Positions 1 through 21,825 of a stretch of DNA of 64,000 nt are shown here, one piece after another. The notes under the pieces are model-generated. The model did no database searches. It was not told the origin of the DNA and saw only the letters and a program-made list of their open reading frames with translations. The position numbers were made by a program, and so were the translations under genes. The DNA is taken from assembly GCF_009914755.1 (NCBI RefSeq), contig NC_060934.1; one strand, written 5' to 3'. Origin of the DNA: the human T2T-CHM13v2.0 reference genome, Homo sapiens. Numbering within the stretch: position 1 is the stretch's first letter; every line of letters starts with the position of its first letter.

Positions 1-124
1 GGACAGAAATCCTTTTACAATAGCAATAAAATCCATTAAATGTGAGGGTAGTAATTCAGCTTGGGACAAGAGAGAGTCAAAGAAAATTAGAAAGACTTAA
101 AGGGAGAAATAAAGGAAGGAATAA

Positions 125-1004
<880 letters not shown>

Positions 1005-1122
1005 AATTCAAGCCACTTTAATAGCTTAATCTGTGAAAAGCCAGTAAGAGAAGGAATCACTATTTAATTAGGTTGTTTGAACCATTTAACTTAATTTTTA
1101 TATTTATTTAAATATGGAACAC

Positions 1123-1430
1123 AGCCCAGCTTGGTGGCTCACGCCTGTAATCATAGTACTTTAGGAGGCCAAGGCAGGAGGACCCCTTGAGCCCAGGAGT
1201 TCAAGAACAGCTTGGACAATATAGGGAGACCCCATCTCTAAAACAAAAAAAAGTTAAAGTAGCCGACCGTGGTGGTGCACACCTGTGGTCCCAGCTGCTC
1301 AGGAGCCTGAGGTGGGAGGATGGTTTGAGCCCAGGAAGTTGAGGTTGCAGTGAACTGTGACCACATCATTGCACTCCATCCTGTGTGACAGAGCAAGACT
1401 CAATCTAAAAAAAAAAAAAAAAAAAAAAAA
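1123..1430 (+). mobile_element. AluJ-type element
   Basis: Alu dimer with A tail. Confidence 0.9.
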
Positions 1431-2106
1431 GGAGATGATGGATGAATGGATAGGATGCATGGATAAATGGAGGAGGGAAGGCCAGGGAAAGCCTTCAGCA
1501 AGGCCATCTCATCACTCTTGGTTGGGGTATGTAGGGCATGAAGACTTCCCTGAAGGACAGCCTAGCACAAAGGATTGCAGAGATTCTCTCAGGTACAGAA
1601 AGTGGGGATGGTTTTTCAAGCCCAGGGCCTGGTTTGCACAGAGGCATGGAGGTGTAAGAGAAAGTCCAGGGCACCATGAGACCACCTGGGAGTGATGAGA
1701 AAGAAGTCGTAAGTGGGTGCAGGGCTTGTCCTCAGGTGGAGACGGGTCAGCCCATACCAGATAGTAGTAAGTTCTTGCAGAGCACAGAGTGAACTGCAAC
1801 CTGGGCGGTAACTTTCTAAAGGAAGCAGAACGATGTTTTCTTAGCTCTGGCAAGGCAATGCATTTCTGCCTACTAAAGAAATTAAGTGTTCCATCAGAGA
1901 AGATTGATGGACTGGGATACATAAGAGCATTTGCATGACAAGCTACAATTAAGCACAAAAGGGGAAGCTATATATTGGAAAACACATGCAAGAGATAAGT
2001 GTAACTGATCAAAGCTCAATGCCATGCTGATAAGGAGCTGGAGACAGCGTAAAGCCATAGAAGGAGGATGAACATTGGAGTCCATCAGGACTGGGGCTAC
2101 TCCTTA

Positions 2107-2825
<719 letters not shown>

Positions 2826-4022
2826 TCATGAGGATTAAACAGGAGGCATAATGGCACTCAAATCATTGTTCCTTTCCCTCTTTGCATCAGTTATGAAGAC
2901 TTTCAAAATAAGAGCCAACATTTTTGAGTGTTTGTGCCAAATACTTCACTTACATTATCTTATTTAATCCACTCAAAACCCCATGAGTTCGGTACAATAA
3001 TTATTCCCATTATATAGATGAGAAGGTTGAGGCCTTGAGAAGTTACGCCACTTGCCCCAGGTTTGAACATTTCTTAATAGAGTTGGGATTTGAACCCAGC
3101 TCTTCCTTTATTCAGAGTCCAATTTTGTAACCCCCATGGCACACTGGCACTCAGTAAGACGTGGTCTAAGACAATGAATGGACATACTATCCACAAGAAG
3201 AACAGGAAATCACTTAAGAAAAAGCCAACTGTGGAAGAGTTATGGAGGAATGCGTACACTTCTCAGGAGGGATGAAGGCTTTGTAAACGGGATGGAGCTT
3301 TTCTAGAATAATCTAGAGATGTTCTACAGTCAGTGTGGTAGAACTGTAGCCCCTTTGGGCCTAGAGAGGACAGCTGCCCTGGTGAAGGAGCACAGAACCT
3401 GACCCACTGTGCTTCAGCTGTGGGATGCTGGCTGGGCCCTTCACCTCTTTGAGTCTCAATTTTCTCATCCACAAAACAAAACAAAAAGATAATAATAGTT
3501 CAATTTCTGAGGGATTTTGTGATGATCAGTTTCATTCATTGATGAACTGATTGATTGGTTAATGCATTCATTCCCTATATATGTTTTGGATATTGACTGT
3601 GTGTCAGGCATTGTGCTGGGAGTGCAAAGAAAGCTAAGATGTAGTCCCTGACATTGACATACTTGTAAATAACACCATCCATGTGAAAATGCTTGGTAAA
3701 TTGCAAAGCATCATATCAATAATATTTAATAGCATTATCTCCTTGGTTGGGGGTAGGGAAGGAGGAGGAGGACATGCCCCAATAAAGTAGTTCAAATACT
3801 GTTTATAGTAGTAAAAACTTGTTGTCAACACAAATGCCCCATGACAGAAGAATGGCCAAGCAAAGAAAATTCTATAACTCTTAAATACGTTGGACCCACA
3901 TTCTTCCAAACTAAGCATAGATGTTTGGAAATGTGGATTGTTTTCTCTTTGGGGCTTGATCCGTTTGGTCTATTAGAGGTGACAGAAGCAGAGGAGACAA
4001 TCTCCCTGCAGAAGGTTGATGA

Positions 4023-4397
<375 letters not shown>

Positions 4398-5152
4398 TAG
4401 CTTGGGGCTCTGGCTTTCTGAGAAGAGGCAGGAGGGAGGAAGTGGGAGCCAGATGACCAACCTCTACATACCTTGCCACGCAGCTTTCTGACATCCTGAT
4501 CATTTTTAAAAGCTGGCAAACACCATGATGCCTCGATACATCACAGTCGAACAAAGTTTCATTCCTAATAATTATTTATAAACCAATGTGGCTTTGTTAC
4601 TTTCCATTTCGTTAAGGACAACAGAGTGTCCCAGGGTTTGGCAAACCAGCGGCTTGTCTCACCAGCAGTGTTGTCAGCGGGCAAAAGCAGCAGATGATGC
4701 TTGGCTTTGAGAGGGGCAGTTGGCTTCCCATGGTTATATGTCACTTCAGATATGATGGAGTGACTTGAAGGTTTTCCCCTCCAAATTGTTACCCCAAACA
4801 CTAGATTGGAGCTGACTAATCCTATGAAAAGCTGAGATAGGGTTTCTCTTGGTAGCACCTTTGGAAAGCAAGACTGAGTACCATTTTATTTTCCTAAGTG
4901 GTCCTTTCCTGATATATAGCTGCCAGGAGATAAGCCCTGGATTAACTATTAACTGTGTGCTACTTATTTCTGCTGAACAGCCGGGTCACTTTTAGTATGA
5001 GACTGGCATTTTCCTTCTGAGGGTTTTGGGTTGGGGTGGGCACATGATGGTGAGCCTACAGACATTTAGACTCTGAAGGAGAGGTAGGAAACAGTCATCC
5101 CTGAGAAAGCCCCCTAATGTCAATCTGTCATTGCCTAATCTCGATTTGAGAA

Positions 5153-5456
<304 letters not shown>

Positions 5457-5674
5457 ATTTGGGAAAATTAAGACACCTCTACTATTTTTTTTTAACCAGA
5501 GTGTCTCAAGGTAAATTTTGGAAATGTATGAAATATCTGTACAGTTTTTACTTGAATAATTTTTATAGACTTCTGACATAGGATGACCCTAGTCATAAAG
5601 TTTACGGCCATATACTTTTGGTTCCACACTTCGCTTCCATACCCCGCCATCTGTGGGACACACTGTATTCACTC

Positions 5675-6101
5675 TGTGTGTCGGTTTGCTAGGGCTGTCT
5701 TGACAAATTACTGCAAACTGATGGCTCAAACAACAGAAATGAATGCTTTCACAGTTCAGGAGGCCAGAAGTCCTAAATCAAGGTGCTGACAGGAGGCCAT
5801 AGTCTCTCTCCGAGCTACTAGCGGTTGCTAGCAATCCTTGGCATTTCTTGGCTTGCAGCTGTGTAACTCCAATCCCTGCCTCCATTGTCACAAGCCTGTC
5901 TCCCCTCTGTGTGTGTCTTCACATGACATTCTCCTCTGAGTGTGTCTGTCTCTGTGTGGGTCTCCTTTTTTTTTTTTTTTTTTTTGAGATGGAGTTTCCC
6001 TCTTGTTGCCCAGGCTGGGGTGCAATGGCGTGATCACAGCTCACGGCAAACTCTGCCTTCTTGCACGTGAATTTTGTGGAATACAATTCAACCCCTTAAC
6101 A
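5675..6101 (-). mobile_element. MLT1 (MaLR) LTR with a 5'-truncated Alu (5966-6060)
   Basis: gtttgctagggctgtc...aaacaacagaaat and terminal atacaattcaaccccttaaca are MLT1-like. Confidence 0.75.
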
Positions 6102-6669
6102 CTCTGATTTTCTAGCTCTTTGAACAGATTCTCTAGTTGTCTTTTAGGGTGTTTTAAATACATCCCCTCCAAAAAGAGACAATGGTGTAAGTATACTGGC
6201 TTTGGGTTTGTCCCCTGCAGAGTCATAGCTCCCCTGTGTCAGGCACAGCACAGGGCTCTCTGAACCTTACATTCAAGCCATGGCTTGTCTAGTCCTGAGG
6301 CACTGCCTGCACATCTGGTTACCCAACTTCTGGAAGGATCCAAGAGACTTGGGGAAGGTCCAGGAAGACAGTGGCACAGAAGGCCTGTTTTCCATGGGCA
6401 GGCTGATGAGAGGTCTGTGTCACATGCAGAGGGAATCGTGGCAAAGGTGAGTGTGGGTCTGCTTCTGCAAGCCTCGCAATTTCAGCTGAGTCACAACAGC
6501 AAAAGTCCAAGAGAGAGACCAGAAGAAGGCGTAAAGCTTGGGGTGGCTAAGGCTGATATTACAAATAAGTTCCAGAGAGTGAAGTCCAGCCTGTGAGAGG
6601 CCCATAGCACTGCCCTTTAGAGGATCAACATGGAGATCGTTAGGTCTCCCTCCAAACCAGCCTGCATGA

Positions 6670-7026
<357 letters not shown>

Positions 7027-9001
7027 GAACATGGTCTTAACATTAGGAAGAAATCTTTTGATTGGAAAACTTTGAGGGACTTGAGGGATTTTTTTTTTTT
7101 TTGGTCCTCTTTCTATCACTTCATATTTCCAAATCACTTTTGATGAGCATGTATTTTCCTGTAACTTCCAAAAAATTAGTAAGAGAAAGATCTGGAGTAG
7201 CTCTCCCAGCTGATGTGCTGTTTTCTAACCAGTGAGATCTCAGGATAGCACATTCTTTAGACTAACTCAGTTTACCAAATATTCCTGGCATTTGGGCAGT
7301 ACAAGAGTGTTCCAGAACAAGTCTCTACCCTGACGGAATCTAGAATCTTGAAAGGTGAACAAAGCAACAGATGTGAGCAATTCAAAAGTAGAACAGGACA
7401 GTATCCCTCAAGTCCAAAGCATATAAAGTGAAGGCTGGGAGCCTGAGAAGTGCACTGTGGGTCAGGGTGAAAGTTAAGCTTCTGTCTGGCGTCGACACTT
7501 GAGTTCCAATGGAAAGGGTCCGACCTTAGTGGAGGAAAAATGTCTTACCCATCCCTCTTTTGCTCTAAGTCTTGCCCTTCCCCACTGGTGTGGGTATCAG
7601 GAGGGGATGGGCAGTAATATAACTTTTGTAGGCAGACCTAGGGGCTGCTGCAGCTGGCCTAGTTTATTACCCTAACTCTGCTGGGACTTGCAGTCAGCAC
7701 TGTCCATGGTCGCTACCCTTTTATAGCCAGGCCCTGATGTCACCCAGCCACAGAGCCTGGGGGTTGGACCATCCCTGTTGCCCCCTGTGCTGGGTGGGCA
7801 GAAGGCCTCCTCCACTATGAAGCCACCTTGCACCAAGAAGACACTGGGCACAACTCCTTATGAGGGTTCCCACCCTCAGCCCCATCTCACCTATGAGCCA
7901 TCTTTGAGGTTCTGTCCCTTTCTCATTTGTTGGTCTTCAGTCCCTGGACACCTTCTCTCCCCAGCCTGACTCATCCCAAAGTTCTCACAAGCAACCAGCA
8001 TTGTCCCAGTCCAGGTATGGTCTCCCACCCACAGCTGCAGTCATTGACAGGCTGACTCATTCCAGAGATGCCTTTCTGTCTTCCCTAAAGCCCATTCTCA
8101 CCAGTTAGATCTTGGATGTCCATCTTTTTGCATAGTCTTTAAATTGTCACCAGCAGCTTGAGGCCTCCACACGAGCCTGGTTATACTCAGCATCACTGCA
8201 TCCACCTGGGATGTTTTCAAACACTTTTGCAGCTCATTGGCTCCCAGAACCCATTGGAAGCCCTGTGTGATCCTAGGTATAACGTCCCCAACTGGACCAT
8301 CAGAGCCTTGCACATGGGGCTAGCGTGGTGCCCTTTTCCTCTCCAACTCTCTTGGACTGAATACATGCATATTGCCCCAAGCTCAACTCAAGGGGGTGAT
8401 TTCTCTGTCTCCATGGGGGATACCTGTATGTGGGGACTCCACGTGCACTCCTCTTGATGTCAGTGTCCTGGAGATGGCTCCCAATTCTGCCCCCCAGCAG
8501 GGATCTTCACTGCCCTCTCCTAAGCTGGGACCCATGCCAGCCAATGTGATTTCCTGGCAGACTCTGACCTACTGGCAACCCAGGGCCCAGCTTACATACT
8601 AGTAGTCCAGCAAACTCAGAGGGCTACATCTGTACAAACCCATGAACCCAGATCAATTTCAAGTAAACACAGTCCCTTTCTTCTATGGGGTAGGGGAAAA
8701 ATTAGCATAGAACTGGAGTCTTACAGACATGGACAGAGATTCCCAGCCTACAACTTACTAGGTCTGTGACTTAAGGAAGACGTATGGGCCCTCTGAGCCC
8801 CAGTTTTTTCAGCTGTGAAGTGGGAGAAAGGCTTACCTACCTTATAAGGTTTTCATGAGAATTAAATGAGCTGCTGTATATAGAGTGTCTGGCATCCTGC
8901 TTGGTCCATGGTAGTCCCCACAAATATTAATTAGTTCTCTTCTTTCTGGGATGCCTCCAGCCTCAGACTATATGTTGTCATCATGGGGATATAGAATTTC
9001 A

Positions 9002-9659
<658 letters not shown>

Positions 9660-10121
9660 CATCTCTCTTTTTAAATGGTGGCATTCCATTGGAAAAATAC
9701 ACCATGAAAATTTACTGAATCATCTTCCTATTGAGAGAAATTTTACTAGTTTTCAGTTTCTAGTTGAGCACAGGTTGTTTTGTTGTTCTGCAGAGTTGCT
9801 TCTGCAGGATAAAATTCTCTAGCGTGGCATTACTGGGTTACAGGGTAGTCACATCTCAATGGTTCTTGTTCAACATGGCCAGATTCCCTATGGAACACTG
9901 AGCTCACTCACATGTCTCTAGCAGTGCACGAGTAGGCCTTGTTCCTTTTTGGCATTGCTGATTTTTGATTGAATACTTTTTTTTTTTTAAGCTTTTTGGC
10001 TACAGGCATATTAGGTTAAAGGTGACAGGCCATTGAGGTTTTTTTGTTTTATTTGTCTTGCTAGATTAATATGTGTCTAGTGGTATCTCAGGGCAGTTTT
10101 TCTTGTAATTTTTTTAACTAA

Positions 10122-10307
<186 letters not shown>

Positions 10308-10542
10308 TAATTATTAGTGAGTACAATCTTCTCTGATGTGTTTGTTAGTTTACTAATGATTTTCTTTAGACGTGAATCCTCTCTGTGGTATATTGACTTG
10401 TGAACTTGTATTGACTCTATTCATGCTATTTTAGATAGCATGAATTGGTCAGCTTCATAGTGTATATTTTCTCTATTCCATTAAATTTAATTAATTTCAT
10501 TTGATTTTATTCTGTTCTTCAGGAATCTTAGTTTTTATATAG

Positions 10543-11123
<581 letters not shown>

Positions 11124-13177
11124 TGACGAGGCCCGGAGCTGCTCCTGCTGCTGGCAACAAAGGATTAGGGAGGCTGATGTTTCTTCTGAGGGGAATGGGG
11201 AGAGAGAGGAAGCGACTGAGCCCTTTGGAAGTATAATTTTAGGTTTTTTCTTCTGTACACAGATCGTGCATTTGCATAGTTCAGACTAGGAGCCAAATGA
11301 AGACTCAAAACCAAGCTAGTTATTAATCCAAGACTGGAATTGTACTTCAGACATTTAGAGCAGAATTCCAAGAACTCAAAAGTGAAAAGCAACAAGCAGC
11401 TTTCCCAAAGCGATACACTTGCTTTGGTCACCAGAGGAGGACAGAGCTTAGAGCAGCTGTGGAGAATCTGAAGCATTCTGCGGAGTTCTTAAGCGCTCCC
11501 CTGGCAAACAAATTGAAGTGCCAAACAGCACTCGCTGCAGGGTATTTTTAGAGTCATAGCTGAGAGCTTGTTAGCTAAGACCCATTGGGCTTTCCTCACC
11601 AAAAAAGGAAGTGTTATTCCATTACTAGCGTCATGGAGCTACCTCTGCGCATCAGACTTCAGACCTTGAACAAACTTAAAACCTTCTTGGGAGCCCGGAC
11701 GTCCAAAGAGATGTCTTCTGGGAGCCACTGGGCAATTGCCAGGGCTCCAGGAAGGGCTCTGGCTCAGGTTGCAGACAGCTGAGAAAAGATGGCCCTGTCA
11801 GCCACCCTCTCTCAGTCTGAAACATCCAACATCCCCAGAAGGCTTAGCTCCTTTTTGAATTGTGATGGGAAAGTAGAGTTGGGTTTTTCCAGTTTTGCTC
11901 TGTGGTGTGTGAGAGATTTTTTTAAAGGCTTTGGGTTGTCTTTGGCCTTTGTTTAGCTTTAAGGGTTCGTTAGCATGAGTGTCCAGTCGTGTGCATGAAT
12001 TTCACCCCAACTTGTGACTGCTCACTTATGACGTCTCCCCCAGTACCCTCCATCTCAAATAGGCTTGGTGGCCTGTGGAAAAGAAGAGAGACAGAGAGAC
12101 AGTGTCTGAAACAGGATGGCAGAATAGGCTCACATGCCCAAACTCTGGGTGGGGAAGAGGAAACTTACTTTCTGCCACCCTCAGTAAGAACACACGAGGA
12201 GGCAGGACCTCCCACCTTCAGGTCTGCGTCATCCTTTTCAAATGTTCCTTTAAATGCAGCACACTGAGTTTGTACAATTGTGTTAACTGCTGGAAGGGAC
12301 AGATGCACTGATATATATGCATTTGCTGTTTTGGCCAATATTTTGAAAATGTATGAGCTGAGTTGATCTAGCTATTATTTAAGTATTTATTGAAGTAGAG
12401 GGGCCTTCAAACTACTTTATACTAGTGATAGTTTGAGTTAGGTAAGCATCTTAAAGCTGTTTGGTGATAAAGAAGGCAGCTTAGATTCTGTGGTTGGAAA
12501 CAGTGTAGTCGCTTCCCTTTTTAGGAAGCCCTGTTAATATGCTCATTGAAAACATGGCATTGAAGCAGGCACTTGCGTGGATGTTTCTCACTTGAGCACG
12601 ATATTTAGGCTCTCTTCCAACTCACTCTATTCTGTCCTCACTCCTGTTTTGGATTTTTCTCTTTGCATGTTTGAAATGTTTTATGGGAATGTATTAGAAC
12701 TCTTTTCTTCTAAGGACTGAGACTTCCAGGGGACTGCCATCTTACCTGTCTCTTCTCCATGAGGGAGAAGGAAGCAGCTAGCTATGTCCCTAGCTGCAGG
12801 AAGCCCCTATTTTTTCCAAGCACGAAGCCACCAGTCTCCCCCAGGGAGCATCAGGAAGGGACATGGATGTGCTCCTGCCACAGGGCCCTTCCTACCTTTG
12901 GATCTGTGAGAAGGTGAATACAAAGCAGCAGGCAGAGTAAAATCTGCTGGGACTGCCTGGAGATTTGTCAGGAGCTGCAGACAAGTACCTTGGAGCATTC
13001 TGCTATTTTTGGAAAGTTCAAATATGCAGGGACAAGGAGGTTGCTGACTGTACTGACAGGCTCTAAGTCATTTTCTCCAAAAACTATCTATTCAATTATC
13101 AGGGGCTGGTCTTGAGGAAGGAAAAAAAAAAAAACGTTCCCAGAATTCAGTTTCCAAAATCTCTTTTTAAAGGGTTT

Positions 13178-13217
13178 ACACACACACACACACAGACACA
13201 CACACACACACACACAC
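13178..13217. repeat. (CA)n microsatellite in the LDB3 3'UTR, one GA interruption
   Basis: Seen directly. Confidence 0.97.
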
Positions 13218-13616
13218 GATCATTAAAAAGTGTATGCTCTTTAAGAAGAAAAGTAAAATATCTCAAAGGACGGTTTCACCACCGTCCTTTATTGAATCAA
13301 TTTTTCTACATTTCAGAGCAAGTGTAGATTCTGAGGGACTCCTATTTGCCAAAAAGACAAAACTAGCAAAAAAAAAAACAAAAAAACAAAAAAAAAACCA
13401 CTTAAAAGGTAGCAGGAAAAGAAGGTAGTTTTGAGTGTGGTTCACTCAGTGTCTGTGAGTCTGGTGTAGTGTCAGGAGTAAGGCCGTGTCTAGCTCAAGT
13501 TTACATTTGGATGTCCTACAACACTAAACAAAATTTTTCATAATCCATGGTGGGGAGCACACTTTGGAGCTACATTTCTTGTCTCCTCATTGTTGACATT
13601 AATTAAACATTTATAG

Positions 13617-13919
<303 letters not shown>

Positions 13920-14159
13920 TTATAATCACAACTTTTTGCAATGGAGTGACTTATATCTGCAGCTTATATCTGCAGTGTTTGTGTTAGGAACCTAGCTTTT
14001 ATAATGTGTTAACTTTTTAACTCAGTATTCTGGCTTTGGGATTTTTTGTTTTGTTTTTGGAAACATTTCAGAAGTGGAATGTAGCCTGTTAAAGGTGTGC
14101 ACAAAAATATTTTGCATGTGTTTTTTTTTTTGCCTGTGTGAATTCTACTTTTTAGCAAA

Positions 14160-14293
14160 AATAAAGCCCCCCAAAGGATGTGCAAATACAGATTTTTCTG
14201 TGTAAAATTTTTCATGTCACATCAGAAGTAGCTTACTTCTATATGGCCACAAATAAAAGTTGGAGACAAAACAAAACATTCTGTGGGAATAAA
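14160..14293 (+). terminator. LDB3: LDB3 polyadenylation signal cluster (AATAAA at 14160, 14252, 14288)
   Basis: Three canonical hexamers. The first has a U-rich upstream region and is followed by tttttctgtgt. Confidence 0.7.
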
Positions 14294-14314
14294 CACAACT
14301 TGCTTGCCCTGATG

Positions 14315-14819
14315 CTCAATAGCAGTGTAATCACCATGTTTAAACAGACAAGGATATGTGAATAACACGAATGTTATGCATACAAAGGGAATTACCAGGC
14401 AAATAATAAACCAAAGACCTCATCTCGCATTATATTTCCATAAAGGTTTGTTAACTTAGCTACTTGGCGGTAAAATATTTCCAATTAATTTATTTCTATT
14501 CTGCTCTAAATGGCTTCATTTCTAGAAAAGTTGCCATATTTCCTCTTACATCATTTGTTTTCAAATAAGTTCAGAGTAAAGACCTCTCATAGAATTTTTT
14601 TTTCTTTTTAATAATGAAGACCCTTCTGAGGGTACTATGTTTAACAAAATCAAACTCATTCTTTTTCAAGGTATTCTGTTTCTAGAAATTACTGAAGAGT
14701 AAAGGGAAGTTGTACATACCATATTTGATTTTCAGCACCTGAATCAGACTTCGAAAGAGCTGTGCAATTACAAACAGAAATCACATCTCATCATTTTAGT
14801 ACTTCTTAAAGCTATAACA
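14315..14819 (+). repeat. Left arm of a ~500 bp non-Alu inverted repeat
   Basis: Reverse-complement match to 16905-17402 at roughly 85-88% by eye; 14595-14667 is identical to the reverse complement of 17057-17129. Confidence 0.95.
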
Positions 14820-14858
14820 ATTTTAAAAATAGATGATGGAGAAGAAAAGGCTCCTACA

Positions 14859-14860
<2 letters not shown>

Positions 14861-14896
<36 letters not shown>
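14861..14896. repeat. (CA)18 microsatellite
   Basis: Seen directly. Confidence 0.97.
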
Positions 14897-14900
<4 letters not shown>

Positions 14901-15137
14901 ACTAATAGCCCAGAAATATGAACCAAAAATTAGAATTTGGTATAATTAACTTGTACATAATTTCTGCCCCCCTAAGGATTTGTGGACAGAATAAATATTG
15001 TTTGCTTATTTGCTCATTCATTCTTTCAACAAATATTTATTGAGCACCTACTAGTGACATGAACAGGCACTGCTCTGGACACTGACAACACAACAGTGAG
15101 TACAGCAGACAAAAACTTCTGCTCTTGTGGAGTTTAC

Positions 15138-15798
<661 letters not shown>

Positions 15799-16049
15799 TA
15801 AAAACAATTTATTTTATAACTATGAACTTCACTGTCTGATCCTAGTTAAGCCTCTATTAACACACATATGAAGGGTTATCTGAGAATAAAGATCATGTGT
15901 TAATCTATCTACTGAGCTTGTGGAATAAATCCTGCCATTAATTTTGTCAAGGCAATCAGTGACTTTCTGAGCCATCGGACAGAATGTCTTCAGTTCAGTG
16001 CTGTCCTCTGAGCCTCAGGCTCATGTGTCCAGATTTTGCCTCACTGCTT

Positions 16050-16863
<814 letters not shown>

Positions 16864-16904
16864 ACATCCAATGCCAAATTCAGGATGTGACATTCTGTCA
16901 TCCA

Positions 16905-17402
16905 TGCTATAGCTTCAAGAAGTATTAAAACAATAAGATGTGTTTTCTATTTGTAATTGCACAGCTCTTTCAAGGTCTGATTCAGGTGCTAAAAATCATA
17001 CATGTTATGGAAAACTTCCTTTTACCTTTCAGTAATTCCTAGAAACAGATTACCTCGAAAAAGAATGAGTTTGATTTTGTTAAACATAGTACCCTCAGAA
17101 GGGTCTTCATTATTAAAAAGAAAAAAAAAATTGCTATGAGAGGATTTTACCCTAAACTTATTTGAAAACAAATGATATAAAAGGAAATATAGCAACTTTT
17201 CTAGAAATGAAGTCATTTGGAGTAGAACAGAAATAAACTGAAATATTTGACCACCAAGTAGCTAAGCAAACCTTTAGAAAATATAATGCGAGACGAGGTC
17301 TTCAGTTTATTATTTGGCTGGTAAATTCCCTTTGAATGCAAAACATTTATGTTATTCATATATCCTTGTCTGCTTAAACAAGGTGATTAAACTTCTATTG
17401 AG
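16905..17402 (-). repeat. Right arm of the ~500 bp non-Alu inverted repeat
   Basis: Reverse complement of 14315-14819. Confidence 0.95.
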
Positions 17403-17499
17403 AAGGCCTTCAAATAATCCGCCATCCATGCTATCATTTCTGAACATGCATGCTAAATAAATGCAGAATGCTTATAATTGTAACTATAATTTCAAGACA

Positions 17500-17960
17500 A
17501 ATACCACATGCCTTCTGACTGAATCTCTTCCATAGAGGAATTCCAGGGCTGCCACTGACTTAGTTCTCCATCCTCCTAGCCAACCTGCTTCTCCTCTTGT
17601 ATTCTTTCTTTCAGTGAATTGTAGGCACCACCCGGTCATTGAAACTAAATATCTGGGATCATCCTAGTGTCTTCTCCCATATTGCTCTGACAACAAATAA
17701 CCACCACAGGCTGCCCATGTACTTCCTGAACCTGTCTTGAATTTGTTTTCTCCTCTCATCCTCAGGACTCCTGCCTTTAAAAAACATCTCTCCTCTGCAT
17801 CATCTCAGCAGCTTCCTAACTGATCTCCTTGTCTCCATTTTGCTCCGTATCCACCCCCGAATCCGTTCCCATTCAGGATCTCTCCAAAAATAAATCTGAC
17901 CATCTAATGGACCTGCACAACTTATAAATGTCTTCTCATTATCCCTCAACAGAGCCCAAA
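17500..17960 (+). mobile_element. L2 fragment
   Basis: Degenerate L2 3'-region motifs (caacctgcttctcctc...ggcaccacc...tctgggatcatcct). Confidence 0.6.
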
Positions 17961-18158
17961 CTAACCTGCATTTACAAGTCCCATATGCCAGGCCGCTGTG
18001 TCTCTCCAGCCTCACTTCTCAACCGCAAGTGCTACCTTCTCATGATGTGCCATCGTCCTGGCCACAGCGGGCCGGTGTTCCCACCTCGGTATTTCCAAAA
18101 CACTCCTGTATTTTCACATTATTTAAAAACTGTCTGTTTACATAGAAATAACCATTTG

Positions 18159-18521
<363 letters not shown>

Positions 18522-19009
18522 TCACAAACAAATTCTATTCAAAACCCCAAATATTTTATTAAGTAAATTCTTACAGAATACCTTTCCATTTGCAAATCAG
18601 TTATTCCCTTTATCTAACTCTGGTTCAAAGTCTAGTTCTCGCCTTTTTCCTTCTGCTTGTTTAAATTCGGTTGCTGTCACTTGCAACCAAAAGAATCTCA
18701 ACTAATACAATGTCCAATGCTGAATTCAGGATGGGTATTATCCTGAATTCAGGGTATCCTGAAAACTATTTCAAATAGAAGCACTGGGAATGCAGGAGAA
18801 TCCCAGCATTTGTGGAAGAAGGATCACTGCAAGGCATCCAATGTGTGCCTGGGGTAGAAGGAATGCCAGTGGTGATGGCAATTCTATCTTGCATGTGGTC
18901 ACCTCCACATCCCTGCGGAGCCCCTCTCATCCTACTTGTGACTTTCTGGTGAGCTGCAGGAGAGGGAAGCATTGTAGAAAAGTAGATACAGATTGGAGAA
19001 GGGCCTGAC

Positions 19010-20440
<1,431 letters not shown>

Positions 20441-21396
20441 ACTCAGGCCAATAGAATAAAAGACACAGCCATTTTGGGATCCTGATTCCCTGGTTCATGC
20501 TCTATGTTAGGAATTGGCAACATTTGTCCAGGACTGTTCCTGGAACCAGGGCCAAGACATGCCCTGGAATTGGGAGGGGAAATCAGATTACTGAGTGAGG
20601 CAAGGCTGGAAATGGCTCTGCAGCTCCCTCCTCCTAAGAAGCGGTTACCTCTCTCCACTTTCTAGTTGAATTATCCCTATAAGCCCAGGTTTAATGGGAA
20701 GGTAACCCAAAGAGTAAGCAAGCTGTTGAATGGTATGGTAATATGAGGTTGCGAGTTTAGGAGGAAAGATGGGGTGTTGCAGAAGCCCCAGGCAGTGGCT
20801 CAGACCTGAGCCATAGATACCAGGTCCTTTTTTAGTTGCTTGGAATGATTTAAATGACCAGGATAATGTCATAGTTTGTAGGTTAATAACCAGAATGTGA
20901 CTTTAGAGGAAAGGAAACAAGTTTTCTTATTGTTTGCGTGTGTGTGTGCATGCACCTTCTATGCTTATGCACAGTGCTTGGCACTTTATGTATCTTTTCT
21001 CATTGAACTTCACAACTCTACCAGGTAGGGAAGCCAAGGTTTAGATAGGTAAAATACATCTCCCCAAAATACCTCTCTCCACTAGGCACTTGATGTGAAG
21101 TCCTTTCCTTTGTGGAAATACTATATTCATCAGAAGCACTGGGAGGAAGACAGAGTTGAGTTTAGTTCCACATTCATTGAGCCTTTACTTTGAGCAAGGC
21201 CTCATGCTAAGTAACTAAGTACTTTATTGTGAATTCAGAGGCAAATGAGGCACAATCCTTGCCTCACAGAGCTCATAGTCTGGTTGAGGAGATAATTAAG
21301 TTATGCATAATTTCACTATCATAAGGCAATAAACGTTTCTTCAACTTTATATAAAGCAGACCTACAAGCAAAGGACAGTAAACACATGTCCTCTAG

Positions 21397-21825
<429 letters not shown>

